Source: Alphaproteobacteria bacterium (lineage in GTDB: Bacteria; Pseudomonadota; Alphaproteobacteria; Rhizobiales; TMED25). Taken from it: DNA of 35,944 bases. Below, in pieces: positions 19,381 through 29,292 of the stretch; position 1 is the stretch's first letter; each line of letters begins with the position of its first letter. The notes below the pieces were generated by a model, which was given only the letters and a program-made list of their open reading frames with translations, did no database searches and had not been told where the DNA came from. The translations under genes were made by a program, and so were the position numbers. Location of the stretch: NCBI GenBank assembly GCA_963582255.1, contig CAUZRD010000002.1:1-35944 (forward strand), read 5' to 3'.

Positions 19381-20778
19381 CTATTCGGCAGGTTGCCGAT
19401 TGGAGCCAAGCCATAGACTGAGGTCCGTAAGAGCCCGGCTTGTAAAAGCGCGTTTTCGAGCCTGTGAGCGTTCGCGCTTTGGCACACGGCCGATGGGTCG
19501 TGGAACTTCAACTGGCGGAAACAGGCCGAAATTTATATTCATTGGCTGAAAACTTGGGCTCTCCGGAGAGCCTTCCAGATGACCGATTGTTATGTGAGCG
19601 AGTAGCGCGCCAAGGGCGGTGGTGGGAGGAGGAACGCTGATCTTTATGCAAGCTCGCTCGCTCGCCGCGAACTGGCCAGCAAGAAGACCAATCGCAGCAG
19701 ATTCGACATAGCCTTCAACACCGGTGATTTGACCGGCAAAGCGCAGCGAATGTATGCCGGACATGTTGAGGCGCAAGGTCTCGTTCAGAAGCTTTGGGCT
19801 ATTTAGATAAGTATTCCGGTGAATGCCGCCAAGCCGGGCAAAAACAGCTGCTTCAAGCCCTGGAATCATTCGGAAAACACGAGTTTGCTCGCCATATCTC
19901 AACTTGGTTTGAAAGCCGACCATATTGTAGAGTGTTCCCAGTTTATTGTCCTGGCGTAGTTGCACCACCGCATACGGTTTGGTCCTTGGATCATGAGTAT
20001 TGGTCAAGCCAACGGGTTTCATTGGGCCATGTCGTGGCGTCTCTGCTCCGCGCTCCGCCATCACTTCAATAGGTAGGCAACCCTCAAAATAGGGTGTGTT
20101 GAGCTCCCAATCGTGAAACTCCATCGTTTCTCCTGCCAAAAGTGCGTCGATAAAAGCAAGATATTGCTCCTTGTCGAGAGGACAGTTGATGTAGTCAGCC
20201 CCGCTTCCACCAGGGCCTTCTTTGTCGTACCTGGACTGGAACCATGCGATATTCATATCGATGGACTCGGTATGGATGATCGGGGCAATGGCATCGAAAA
20301 ACGCTAATGAGTTTTGTCCAACGAAAGAGGAAATCGCCTCGCTGAGTGCCGTCGAGGTTAATGGCCCGGTTGCAATGATTGCATTCCCCCAGTCTTCCAA
20401 GGTTAGTTGTTTTATTTCTTCACAGACAATTGAGATCAAGCTTTCATGGTTGATTCGCGCGGTGACCATTTCTGAAAATCCTTCTCGGTCAACCGCGAGT
20501 GCGGAGCCGGCAGGTACCTGATTGGCGTCTGCCGCAGACATAATCAACGACCCTGATCGCCGCATTTCTTCATGCAATAGGCCAACTGCATTGAGCTCAG
20601 CATCATCAGATCTAAATGAATTAGAGCAGACCAATTCGGCAAGTTTTTCAGTCTGGTGAGCTGGAGTGGATTGGGCTGGCCGCATTTCGTGTAAAATTAC
20701 AGGTACTCCACATCGCGCCACCTGCCATGCCGCCTCTGAGCCTGCGAGTCCGCCGCCGATAATATGGATTGGCTTCAT
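19381..20778 (-). CDS. trmFO: Methylenetetrahydrofolate--tRNA-(uracil54-C5)-methyltransferase
   Basis: [19 protein letters not shown] (FAD dinucleotide fold), [11 protein letters not shown] and [21 protein letters not shown] set the start at internal Met44 of ORF 19381..20907. Confidence 0.9.
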   Translation of the reverse strand: MKPIHIIGGGLAGSEAAWQVARCGVPVILHEMRPAQSTPAHQTEKLAELVCSNSFRSDDAELNAVGLLHEEMRRSGSLIMSAADANQVPAGSALAVDREGFSEMVTARINHESLISIVCEEIKQLTLEDWGNAIIATGPLTSTALSEAISSFVGQNSLAFFDAIAPIIHTESIDMNIAWFQSRYDKEGPGGSGADYINCPLDKEQYLAFIDALLAGETMEFHDWELNTPYFEGCLPIEVMAERGAETPRHGPMKPVGLTNTHDPRTKPYAVVQLRQDNKLGTLYNMVGFQTKLRYGEQTRVFRMIPGLEAAVFARLGGIHRNTYLNSPKLLNETLRLNMSGIHSLRFAGQITGVEGYVESAAIGLLAGQFAASERACIKISVPPPTTALGALLAHITIGHLEGSPESPSFQPMNINFGLFPPVEVPRPIGRVPKRERSQARKRAFTSRALTDLSLWLGSNRQPAE

Positions 20779-21046
20779 TTGATGAAAGGCTCCATGGAAT
20801 TGCGTTTTTGTCTGTCCGAGATAAACGGGGCAACTCGTCATAGCTTGCTTGTTTATCTGCAGCCATGAGTTTCGTCTATCAAGGTTGAAAGAGAGGTCTG
20901 TGGTCAAGCGTGTGTTTGCATAAATGATGAGGGGCCTGAGGGGGGCTCAAGAGTTGGGGCGCGATTTAAGTCAAGATTTTAATTTCATGAGACAAAAGGC
21001 AGGTGCTCATTTACTGAAATAAGGCGTGTAATGTTACTTTGTAGCG

Positions 21047-23959
21047 CTATTCAGCCGCTTCCACTGTCTTAGCACCGGCCCGTCGTTCAAACATGTCTCT
21101 TAGATAATGGCCTGTATAGCTTTGTTTCGATTGTGCGATGTCCTCCGGTGATCCGGTTGCGATAATTTGCCCACCGCCATCACCGCCGTCCGGCCCAAGA
21201 TCAATGATCCAATCAGCAGTTTTAATCACTTCGAGATTATGCTCTATCACTATCACGCTATTGCCTTGTTCAACCAGCGCATGCAGCACTTCTAGAAGTT
21301 TAGCCACATCATGGAAATGAAGGCCCGTGGTCGGTTCGTCGAGGATATAGAGCGTGCGGCCGGTCGCCCGCTTTGAGAGTTCTTTCGATAATTTAACCCT
21401 TTGAGCTTCGCCACCTGACAGCGTTGTTGCTTGTTGCCCCACCTTGATATAATCGAGGCCGACACGCTTGAGGGTCTGCAGTTTGTCGCGAACGGAAGGC
21501 ACTACACGAAAAAAAACAGCTCCTTCCTCAACTGTCATGTCAAGCACATCTGCGATTGATTTTCCGCGAAACTGAATTTCGAGTGTCTCTCGATTGTAGC
21601 GTTTGCCCTTGCACACATCGCATGTAACATAAACATCGGGCAGAAAATGCATCTCAATTTTAATTACACCATCACCCTGACATGCCTCGCAGCGACCGCC
21701 TTTGACATTAAATGAGAAACGGCCTGGTTTGTAGCCGCGAACGCGGCTTTCCGGTAGCTCGGAGAACCACTCCCGGATGGGTGTGAATGCGCCGGTATAA
21801 GTTGCTGGATTTGATCGGGGGGTGCGCCCGATCGGAGATTGATCTATGTCGATAATTTTATCGAGCAATTCGATGCCGTTAAGTGCAGAATGGGCACCTG
21901 GAACATCCCGCGTCCCGTTGAGCCGACGGGCCAAAGCGCGGTAAAGAGTGTCCAGAACAAGAGTCGATTTCCCCGAGCCAGAAACGCCAGTGACGCAAGT
22001 AAAAAGTCCTAGAGGAAACTGTACATCAACGGCTTTAAGGTTGTTCTCAGATGCGCCCTTAAGTTCGATGGTCCGCCCAGCGATGATTGTACGCCGAACT
22101 TTCGGCATGGGCACTTTAAGGCATCCGGTAAGGTACTGGCCGGTGATGCTGGCTTGATTTTTCATGATTTCTTGAGGCGTGCCTTGGGCCACTATCTTGC
22201 CGCCATGAACACCAGCACCAGGTCCAATATCAACCACATGGTCTGCGATCAGTATGGCATCCTCATCATGTTCTACCACGATGACTGTATTCCCGAGGTC
22301 GCGTAATCTTATCAATGTATCAAGAAGACGCTGATTGTCGCGCTGATGCAACCCGATTGAGGGCTCGTCGAGTACATATAACACCCCCGTTAGACCAGAC
22401 CCTATTTGGCTTGCTAGTCGGATACGTTGAGATTCTCCTCCAGAAAGTGTTGATGAAGAGCGCGCGAGCGTCAGGTAACCAAGGCCAACATCATTAAGAA
22501 ATTTTAGCCTTTCGCGAATTTCCTTTAAGATACGCTCGGCGATTTCGTTCTGTTTCTGGGTAAATGAGTGCGGTACGTCTTCAAACCATCTTGCAGCATT
22601 GGCAATCGATAGGCTGGCGACCTCACCAATATGCTTTCCATTGATTTTTACTGCCCGTGGTTCGGGCTTTAGGCGAAATCCACAACATTCTTCGCATGGT
22701 TTTTTTGACTGATAGCGCTCGATCTCTTCTCGCGCCCAGTTGCTCTCAGTTTCGCGCCAGCGCCGCTCAAGATTCGGAATAACTCCCTCAAATGGCTTTT
22801 CGACATCATAAACTCGAACACCGTCATCATAGGTAAACCGAACTTTTTCACCAATAGAGCCATAGAGGATCACATTGCGTGCGCTTTCGCTGAGTTGTGT
22901 CCACTTGGTTCCCATATCAAAATCGAAATGGCGTGCCAGGGCTTCTAGCGTCTGCGTATAATACGGAGAAGTTGAGCGCGTCCAAGGCGCAATCGCCCCT
23001 AATCTAAGCGTTCTATCGCCATCTGGTACCACCCGATCTGGATCAACCATTTTCTGGCTGCCAAGACCATCGCAAACCGGGCATGCTCCATGCGGATTGT
23101 TGAATGAAAATAGTCTTGGTTCAATTTCATCGATAGTAAACCCAGATGATGGACAGGCAAACCGGGCTGAAAACACAATTCGTTTGTGATTTTCATTTTT
23201 TGACAAATTGGGCGCTGCCAGGCGCGCAGGATCAAGAGCTTCGTCGGCGAATTCGATCACTGCTAGGCCATCGGTAAGTGTGAGGACAGTTTCAAATGAA
23301 TCTGCCAATCGTTGCATGATATCGGAACTCATCACCAGCCGATCGACAACGACATCAATGTCGTGATTAAATTTCTTGTCAAGCGGTGGCACGTCGCCTA
23401 CTTCAAAGAATTCTCCATCAACTTTGATGCGCTGAAACCCGCGCTTGATTAGGTCGGCAAGATCTTTGGCGAATGTGCCTTTGCGCCCACGTACGATTGG
23501 CGCAAGCAGAAAAAGCCGCGTTCCTTCATCAATTTCCATCACCCGATCAACCATTTGACTGATCGTCTGGCATTCAATAGGAAGCCCCGTTGATGGCGAA
23601 TAGGGCACCCCTACGCGCGCAAACAACAGTCTCATATAGTCATGAATTTCGGTTGCCGTTGCGACGGTAGAGCGTGGGTTTTTTGATGTGGTCTTCTGTT
23701 CAATCGAGATTGCAGGCGAAAGACCGTCAATTTGATCTACATCGGGCTTTTGCATTATCTCCAGGAACTGGCGTGCATAAGCTGAAAGACTTTCTACATA
23801 ACGCCGCTGTCCTTCTGCATAAATAGTATCAAAGGCCAGTGATGATTTTCCCGAGCCAGAAAGTCCGGTCACGACAATCAATTTCTCGCGCGGCAAATTA
23901 AGATCAACATTCTTCAGATTGTGTTCACGCGCGCCACGAATGGAAATTGATTTTAACAT
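21047..23959 (-). CDS. uvrA: Excinuclease ABC subunit A
   Basis: 970 aa. [16 protein letters not shown], two ABC modules ([18 protein letters not shown], two LSGGE signatures), and zinc-finger Cys clusters. Confidence 0.97.
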   Translation of the reverse strand: MLKSISIRGAREHNLKNVDLNLPREKLIVVTGLSGSGKSSLAFDTIYAEGQRRYVESLSAYARQFLEIMQKPDVDQIDGLSPAISIEQKTTSKNPRSTVATATEIHDYMRLLFARVGVPYSPSTGLPIECQTISQMVDRVMEIDEGTRLFLLAPIVRGRKGTFAKDLADLIKRGFQRIKVDGEFFEVGDVPPLDKKFNHDIDVVVDRLVMSSDIMQRLADSFETVLTLTDGLAVIEFADEALDPARLAAPNLSKNENHKRIVFSARFACPSSGFTIDEIEPRLFSFNNPHGACPVCDGLGSQKMVDPDRVVPDGDRTLRLGAIAPWTRSTSPYYTQTLEALARHFDFDMGTKWTQLSESARNVILYGSIGEKVRFTYDDGVRVYDVEKPFEGVIPNLERRWRETESNWAREEIERYQSKKPCEECCGFRLKPEPRAVKINGKHIGEVASLSIANAARWFEDVPHSFTQKQNEIAERILKEIRERLKFLNDVGLGYLTLARSSSTLSGGESQRIRLASQIGSGLTGVLYVLDEPSIGLHQRDNQRLLDTLIRLRDLGNTVIVVEHDEDAILIADHVVDIGPGAGVHGGKIVAQGTPQEIMKNQASITGQYLTGCLKVPMPKVRRTIIAGRTIELKGASENNLKAVDVQFPLGLFTCVTGVSGSGKSTLVLDTLYRALARRLNGTRDVPGAHSALNGIELLDKIIDIDQSPIGRTPRSNPATYTGAFTPIREWFSELPESRVRGYKPGRFSFNVKGGRCEACQGDGVIKIEMHFLPDVYVTCDVCKGKRYNRETLEIQFRGKSIADVLDMTVEEGAVFFRVVPSVRDKLQTLKRVGLDYIKVGQQATTLSGGEAQRVKLSKELSKRATGRTLYILDEPTTGLHFHDVAKLLEVLHALVEQGNSVIVIEHNLEVIKTADWIIDLGPDGGDGGGQIIATGSPEDIAQSKQSYTGHYLRDMFERRAGAKTVEAAE

Positions 23960-24506
23960 CGACGACTTAACTTTCCGCTATATAAACTGGCGCACTATTG
24001 GCTCAACAGTCATGACGTTGGGTAATAAAATGGCGATGCGGGTGCCCCGCGTGAATTCTGCTGTCTGTATATTTCAGGTCAAGCTTGTGAATAACCTGTA
24101 GCGAGCGATCGTTTGTCGGCGTGTACATTGTAATGATCCAATTGAAATTCAAATATATACTATAACATTGAGTGATAACCGATTTAGGTATCGTAGGATT
24201 GACCAATCGATTGCAAATCACCTCGTTAATAAAAAAAGGAGTGCCGTCAACAGAGATCTGGTCTGCTGGAAATAGTACTCATAAGTCCAGTCAGTTCCGA
24301 CTAAGGAGAAATCTCTTTGGCAGCCCTTTCATGCTCACTCTGCTCTAATGGATGTTGGCGCTAGAATTTAATTAGTGGTTTGCCATCAGTCTATGTAACA
24401 GCTGAAACTGTATTGCACAGATGGGGGGTGTGTAATCAAATAGGTCTCTGACGAGCCGAGGAATTTAAAAATGAGTTTAAAGATACGTTGTAGCTTGATT
24501 TTTGGG

Positions 24507-24521
24507 GAACATTATAAGAAC
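24507..24521 (+). promoter_or_regulatory. Alphaproteobacterial-type LexA (SOS) box, GAAC-N7-GAAC
   Basis: Exact GAACattataaGAAC lies about 120 nt upstream of the ssb start, within the uvrA<>ssb divergent intergenic region. It is the only such direct repeat I found in that region. Confidence 0.55.
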
Positions 24522-24639
24522 TTTTTCCCATGAGCAACTGTGGATGGCGTAGTTTGGTGCATAGTCGCCGGGCCCGCTATCCGTTAATATTGTTGCCAAT
24601 AGGTAGAGTTGAATATTATGGAAAATGGGGAGCACCATC

Positions 24640-25110
24640 ATGGCCGGCAGCGTGAATAAGGTTATTTTGATTGGAAATCTGGGTGCTGATCCGGAAATTC
24701 GCCGTACCCAAGATGGTCGTCCAATCGCGAATTTACGTCTAGCAACTAGCGAAAGCTGGAAGGATAAAAATTCTGGTGAACGCAAGGAACGCACCGAGTG
24801 GCATCGAGTGGTAATTTTTTCTGAAGGTCTATGCCGAATTGCTGAGCAATATCTAAAAAAAGGTTCGAAGGTCTATGTGGAAGGCCAGCTTCAGACACGA
24901 AAATGGGAAGATCAGTCAGGGCAAGAGCGCTACAGCACTGAGGTTGTTTTGCAGAATTTTAACTCAACCCTCACCATGCTTGATGGACGCCGTGAGGGTG
25001 GTGGATCATCGGAATTCTCATCCGATAGCGACTTTGGTTCCGATCAACCTGTGAATTCAACGCAAAATAAATCCAGTACAGAAGAGTTCGATGATGAAAT
25101 ACCATTTTAG
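24640..25110 (+). CDS. ssb: Single-stranded DNA-binding protein
   Basis: [21 protein letters not shown]..., TEWHRVV, and an acidic tail ending DDEIPF. I set the start at Met6 of ORF 24625..25110. Confidence 0.95.
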   Translation: MAGSVNKVILIGNLGADPEIRRTQDGRPIANLRLATSESWKDKNSGERKERTEWHRVVIFSEGLCRIAEQYLKKGSKVYVEGQLQTRKWEDQSGQERYSTEVVLQNFNSTLTMLDGRREGGGSSEFSSDSDFGSDQPVNSTQNKSSTEEFDDEIPF

Positions 25111-25615
25111 TACTAATCTGACTGACTCTGCGCTGATAAATCGGCTTGTCTATCCGTCATAGACGCCCATAGATGGCATGGTCATCTACGGATACCTTTA
25201 AGGTTCTCAGCATAATAAAAGACTCTGTCTATAGTTTTAATTTGCATCCATTTAGTGGTAAATGTCTAAGACTTTTAGATTGTATCTACTTACATTAATT
25301 CATTGTTTTACAATATCTTATAAAGAATACATCACTTAAGACTTAAATGGTTCGGGTGATAGCAAGCTTTAAGTTTCATCTAAGTCAGTCACTATGAGAT
25401 ATCTGATTAATTGATTTTTATGTTAAACTTTACTGTAAACGTTACCCTTTGTGTCTGATGTCGTGTTGAGGTTGGAAAATACCTTCACGCTTCTTGCTCT
25501 GACAATAGATTTTTCGAAAATTATTTATTTTAGGCGTGAGAGTGATTGCGTCTTGACCGTCGCGCGAATATACAAGCGCGCGAAATAGCGAGTTGTCAGC
25601 TCGGAGTGCTAATAT

Positions 25616-26041
25616 ATGGCAAAGCGTCAAAATAATTATATGAACGACTATCGGCCGAATGATGGTGAGGCGTTCATGAATACTTTTCAGCGTACCTATT
25701 TCAGGGATAGGCTGCAGGTATGGCGTGAAGATATTTTACGCGAAAGCCGGGGAACCATTGCTAATCTTCAAGAAGAGCAGAGGCAACATCCCGATGTGAC
25801 CGATCGCGCCTCATCCGAGGCTGACCGCGCATTGGAGCTGCGTACCCGTGACCGCCAACGCAAGCTTGTCTCGAAAATTGATTCGGCATTGCGTCGGATT
25901 GAAGATGGAACGTATGGTTATTGCGAGGAAACTGGTGATCCAATTGGCTTGTCCCGCCTGGTTGCTCGACCAATCGCGACGCTTTCGATAGAGGCGCAGG
26001 AGCGCCACGAACGCCGAGAACGATTTTATCGAGATGAATAA
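25616..26041 (+). CDS. dksA: RNA polymerase-binding transcription factor DksA (zinc-finger-less variant)
   Basis: Coiled-coil tip motif D-V-T-D-R-A (DxxDxA). The C-terminal region is GTYGYCEETGDPIGLSRLVARPIATLSIEAQ, with only one of the four canonical Cys present. Confidence 0.88.
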   Translation: MAKRQNNYMNDYRPNDGEAFMNTFQRTYFRDRLQVWREDILRESRGTIANLQEEQRQHPDVTDRASSEADRALELRTRDRQRKLVSKIDSALRRIEDGTYGYCEETGDPIGLSRLVARPIATLSIEAQERHERRERFYRDE

Positions 26042-26272
26042 CACTTAGCTACTCATTGTTGTCGTGCCTCCGGTGTGCCGTATTAGATTAGACATGTTTT
26101 AGCTTCAGGTTTGTGTCCTTCCGATAACAGTAAACTTCGACATTGGTTGGCGTTGCGGGAGCATCTGTCGTGTGGTGTTGGTAACTTGAAGGGGAAAGCT
26201 TCACCGTTCACCGCTTGCCGACAATATAGTTATTCTGTTATAGACCGCTCGCTTAGGCGCATAGCCGAATGT

Positions 26273-26348
26273 TCCCCGGTAGCTCAGTTGGTAGAGCAAG
26301 CGGCTGTTAACCGCTGTGTCGTTGGTTCGAGTCCGACCCGGGGAGCCA
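26273..26348 (+). tRNA. tRNA-Asn (anticodon GTT), CCA encoded
   Basis: Folded by hand. Acceptor TCCCCGG/CCGGGGA, D arm GCTC-AGTTGGTA-GAGC, anticodon arm AGCGG-CTGTTAA-CCGCT, variable loop GTGTC, T arm GTTGG-TTCGAGT-CCGAC, discriminator G, then CCA. Total 76 nt. Confidence 0.93.
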
Positions 26349-26373
26349 TATTTCAATCACTTAGCACCTTTTC

Positions 26374-26482
26374 AGCAGCACCAATTGGGTGCTGTTTTTG
26401 TTTTGACGTAGGTATAGTAGATAACTTCTTCCGCCTAGTATTACCACGATCACGAGATTGGCGGTTGTTGGGCGTGTTGACG
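26374..26482 (+). repeat. Direct repeat, left copy (DR-L, ~109 nt) immediately 3' of tRNA-Asn
   Basis: Aligns by eye with 35752-35861. The last ~75 nt (GTATAGTAGATAACTTCTTC.GCCTAGTATTACCA.GATCACGAGATTGGCGGTTGTTGGGCGTGTTGACG) differ at only 2 positions. The first ~35 nt (terminator hairpin) are more diverged and include a 1-nt indel. Confidence 0.9.
26376..26404 (+). terminator. Rho-independent terminator downstream of tRNA-Asn
   Basis: CAGCACC-AATTG-GGTGCTG hairpin followed by TTTTTGTTTT. Confidence 0.7.
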
Positions 26483-26560
26483 TGTTGCTCTAAGAAGTGT
26501 CCAAATGTCCGGGCTGTGGGCGATACTCAAAATAAGTAATCACAACATTGGAGTGGAAAT

Positions 26561-28225
26561 ATGATCATACGTTGGATGCGATCAGGGTTTGTCTGGATAG
26601 TCGGAGCAATCATATTTTCTGGAGTTGGCTTGGGCGGAGTCGCTCATTCCCAAGATGCAGCACCGGTGGTTGTTGCAGTTGAGGATCTCGGAGCCGGCGA
26701 TTGGATGCCGCAGCTCAACTCCGGCACCAACCGCGTCATCTATGATCTCGTAAACGAGACGCTGATCGGCCTCGATGCTGAGCGCAATCATGTGCCGCGT
26801 CTCGCCAAGTCCTGGGATCCATCCGAGGACGGACTGACATGGCATTTCACGCTTCAAGAGGGTATCCAATTCCATGACGGATGGGGTGAGATGACTGCGG
26901 ATGACGTCAAATTTACCTGGGCGATGTACCTACGGGATAGCTCGCTCATGTCGCGCTCCAAGAGGTGGTCGGCGGCCGTTTCTGGCGATGTTGAGAAGAA
27001 CTTCGAGATAGTCAATGACTATGAGTTTGTCCTCCACGGTAACAAGCCGAACTTTCTTTTGCCGGCGCAGCTCTCCTACTCCATTGATACGCTACAGATT
27101 CAATCAAAGAAATACTGGGACACCACTGGCGAAGAAAAGGCGCGGACCCATCTGATCGGAACCGGGCCTTATAGGTTCGTCGGCCAACAGCCAGGAATTG
27201 AGGTTGAACTCGAGGCGGTCGAGAACCACTGGCGGCACACACCGAGCGTCAAGCAACTGATTATAAAAGTGGTGGCGGATAACGCTGCACGGATGGCGCA
27301 GACCCGGACTGGAGAGATTGACGTGGCGGCGATCCCTCCGTCGCTCGTTCCTGAGGCCAAGGCGGTCGGTCTTAAGCTGCTTCAGTCAGAGAATGCTTAT
27401 CAGTGTAACGTTCACTTTGGCGGTATCTATCCGTTTGAGCACCTTGAGAAGGAGGCCTCGGGCCTCCATAAGCCGAACTTGCCGTGGGTCCAGGATGATC
27501 ATCCCGAAAAGGGAATGGCTATCCGCAAGGCTATGTCTCTATCCATTGACCGGCAGCTGATTGCAGACTCGCTGCTTTCGGGATTGGGAAAGCCCGTGCG
27601 GGCGCCACTGCAGCTTGCTTTTATCACCGACAAGACCTTTGAGCTTGAGGTTTTCGATCCAGAGCAGGCCAAAAACTTGATGGAAGAAGGCGGGTATCCC
27701 GATGGCTTTACCATCGATATGCCAATTTTCAAGCAGGGTGGACGCTTAGCCGCTGTTGACGTCTCCAACGCCCTCGCGGGCATGTGGGAAGAGCACCTTG
27801 GCATCAAAGTCAACCGCGCACCGATGGAATTTAAGCCGACTTTCCGTGCTCATATCGAGAAAAAAACCACGGGCGATCCATTGCCCGGTTCGGACGCTGT
27901 TGGCAAGGTCTGGGGGTTCTGCCAGAACCCTGCCGATGAGCCGGCCGAACAGCTTTCGGGAGGGATTATGCCTGGCGGCTCGTTCACGAATTTCCACCAC
28001 GAGGCGGCGCAGGAACTAATTCCAAAGATCCTGCGGACCGGTAATGCCGAAGAGCGCACGCTCCTGCATGCCGAGCTTGGGCGCCGACTCGCAGAGGATT
28101 ACACCTCCTACGGCGTCGTCGCACCGAGTGCTCCGTGGGTCATAAGCGAGAGGGTTGCGAGCCTTCCTGTCCTGCCAGGTAGGGGAGAGTTCACAAATCT
28201 TGAATATCTTGAACTTAACGAGTGA
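26561..28225 (+). CDS. ABC transporter substrate-binding protein, family 5 (peptide/nickel/opine; DppA/OppA/GsiB-like)
   Basis: 554 aa with an N-terminal signal peptide (WIVGAIIFSGVGLGGVAHSQD). PRLAKSWDPSEDGLTWHFTLQEGIQFHDGWGEMTADDVKFTW is the SBP_bac_5 signature region. An RBS GGAG precedes the ATG. Confidence 0.9.
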   Translation: MIIRWMRSGFVWIVGAIIFSGVGLGGVAHSQDAAPVVVAVEDLGAGDWMPQLNSGTNRVIYDLVNETLIGLDAERNHVPRLAKSWDPSEDGLTWHFTLQEGIQFHDGWGEMTADDVKFTWAMYLRDSSLMSRSKRWSAAVSGDVEKNFEIVNDYEFVLHGNKPNFLLPAQLSYSIDTLQIQSKKYWDTTGEEKARTHLIGTGPYRFVGQQPGIEVELEAVENHWRHTPSVKQLIIKVVADNAARMAQTRTGEIDVAAIPPSLVPEAKAVGLKLLQSENAYQCNVHFGGIYPFEHLEKEASGLHKPNLPWVQDDHPEKGMAIRKAMSLSIDRQLIADSLLSGLGKPVRAPLQLAFITDKTFELEVFDPEQAKNLMEEGGYPDGFTIDMPIFKQGGRLAAVDVSNALAGMWEEHLGIKVNRAPMEFKPTFRAHIEKKTTGDPLPGSDAVGKVWGFCQNPADEPAEQLSGGIMPGGSFTNFHHEAAQELIPKILRTGNAEERTLLHAELGRRLAEDYTSYGVVAPSAPWVISERVASLPVLPGRGEFTNLEYLELNE

Positions 28226-28266
28226 CTGACATATCGGTCATTTTTGACAAAAATGCCTAAGAGGTT

Positions 28267-28300
28267 TGCAGGCAGGATGGCTAATGCCTTCCTGTCTGCA
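28267..28300 (+). promoter_or_regulatory. Strong intercistronic stem-loop between the SBP and permease genes
   Basis: TGCAGGCAGGA pairs with TCCTGTCTGCA (11 bp, one G-U). After one mismatch, GGC pairs with GCC around a TAAT loop. It is followed by TCTCTT. This could be an attenuator or an mRNA-stabilising hairpin, as seen after many SBP genes. Confidence 0.5.
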
Positions 28301-28368
28301 TCTCTTCCGCCTGGACGAATCGGGGTGATCTCGAAAATCAGGTCACCCAGTCAAAGGGCGAAGGAACA

Positions 28369-29292
28369 ATGATTCGCTACATCCTGGAACGTCTACTGCA
28401 ATCGATAGTCAGCTTAATCGGTGTCACTATTATCGTATTTGCAATGGTGAATCTAACGGGTGATCCTTCACTCGTGATGTTGCCGGAGGACGCGACGGCT
28501 GAGCAGATTGCGATGGTTCGCCATGAGCTCGGTCTCGATCGGCCGCTCGTCGTAAGATACCTGCAGTATTTGGGTGGCCTACTCCAGGGTGACCTCGGAA
28601 CGTCGATACGCGGTCTAGCCTCCGTGCCAGTCGGGAAGATTATTGCGGAGCGCCTGCCAGCGACTCTGGAGCTCGGCGCGGCAGCGGTTTTCCTGACGTT
28701 CCTCGTCGGGATCCCGCTCGGCGTCTATGCCGGGTACTGGAAGGACAGCCCGCTCGACAAGGGAGCGCGGATCTTTGCAGTGCTTGGCCAGTCCGCTCCG
28801 CCGTTTTGGGTTGGCATCATCCTGATCGTAATCTTCTCTATCCATCTTGGTTGGCTTCCGGCGGGCGGCCGTGGGGGATTGCTGCACATCATCCTGCCGG
28901 CCAGCACCATGGCTTGGGCGTCGATCGCGGGCGTCACGCGACTGGTCCGGTCCAATCTGCTCGAGACCCTCGACACCGACTACGTCCGGTTCTGCCGGAT
29001 CAAGGGGCAGTCGGAGACGAATGTTGTCTGGAAGCACGGGCTGAGGAACGCCGGTATTCCCGTGATGACATTCAGCGCCATCATTATGGCGAGCCTTATC
29101 ACCGGCTCGGTGATCACCGAGACCATCTTCACCTGGCCGGGGCTCGGCAAACTTCTGATCGACTCGATCGGCTTTCGCGATTTGCCGGTTATCCAAGGTT
29201 GCATTCTTGTGTTTGCGGCGGTCTATCTCGCCCTCAACCTCGCGGTTGACCTGCTCTACGCCTATCTCAATCCAAGGGTGAGGGTCGGCTGA
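28369..29292 (+). CDS. ABC transporter permease (DppB/OppB-like)
   Basis: 307 aa. MIRYILERLLQSIVSLIGVTIIVF is the typical OppB/DppB N-terminus. It is polytopic, with an EAA-like loop DYVRFCRIKGQSE..V..HGLRNA. Confidence 0.9.
   Translation: MIRYILERLLQSIVSLIGVTIIVFAMVNLTGDPSLVMLPEDATAEQIAMVRHELGLDRPLVVRYLQYLGGLLQGDLGTSIRGLASVPVGKIIAERLPATLELGAAAVFLTFLVGIPLGVYAGYWKDSPLDKGARIFAVLGQSAPPFWVGIILIVIFSIHLGWLPAGGRGGLLHIILPASTMAWASIAGVTRLVRSNLLETLDTDYVRFCRIKGQSETNVVWKHGLRNAGIPVMTFSAIIMASLITGSVITETIFTWPGLGKLLIDSIGFRDLPVIQGCILVFAAVYLALNLAVDLLYAYLNPRVRVG

Noticed and set aside
23960-24200. Search for an E. coli-type LexA box (CTGT-N8-ACAG) or a second GAAC-N7-GAAC box close to the uvrA start
   Set aside because: I found no match; CTGTctgtatatTTCA lacks the ACAG half-site. 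I therefore make no claim of SOS control for uvrA.
24003-24794. ORFs 24003..24221 (-) and 24477..24794 (-) in and around the uvrA-ssb spacer
   Set aside because: The first is AT-rich with a low-complexity translation. The second is antisense to the ssb 5' end. Neither has an RBS or a family resemblance.
26215-26244. Possible sigma-70 promoter for tRNA-Asn (TTGCCG, 18-nt spacer, TATAGA)
   Set aside because: The -10 matches only 4 of 6 positions and I have no independent support. I did not list it as a feature.
26111-26539. 142-aa plus-strand ORF
   Set aside because: It runs straight through the tRNA-Asn gene, its terminator and the direct repeat. It has no RBS and no recognisable protein features.
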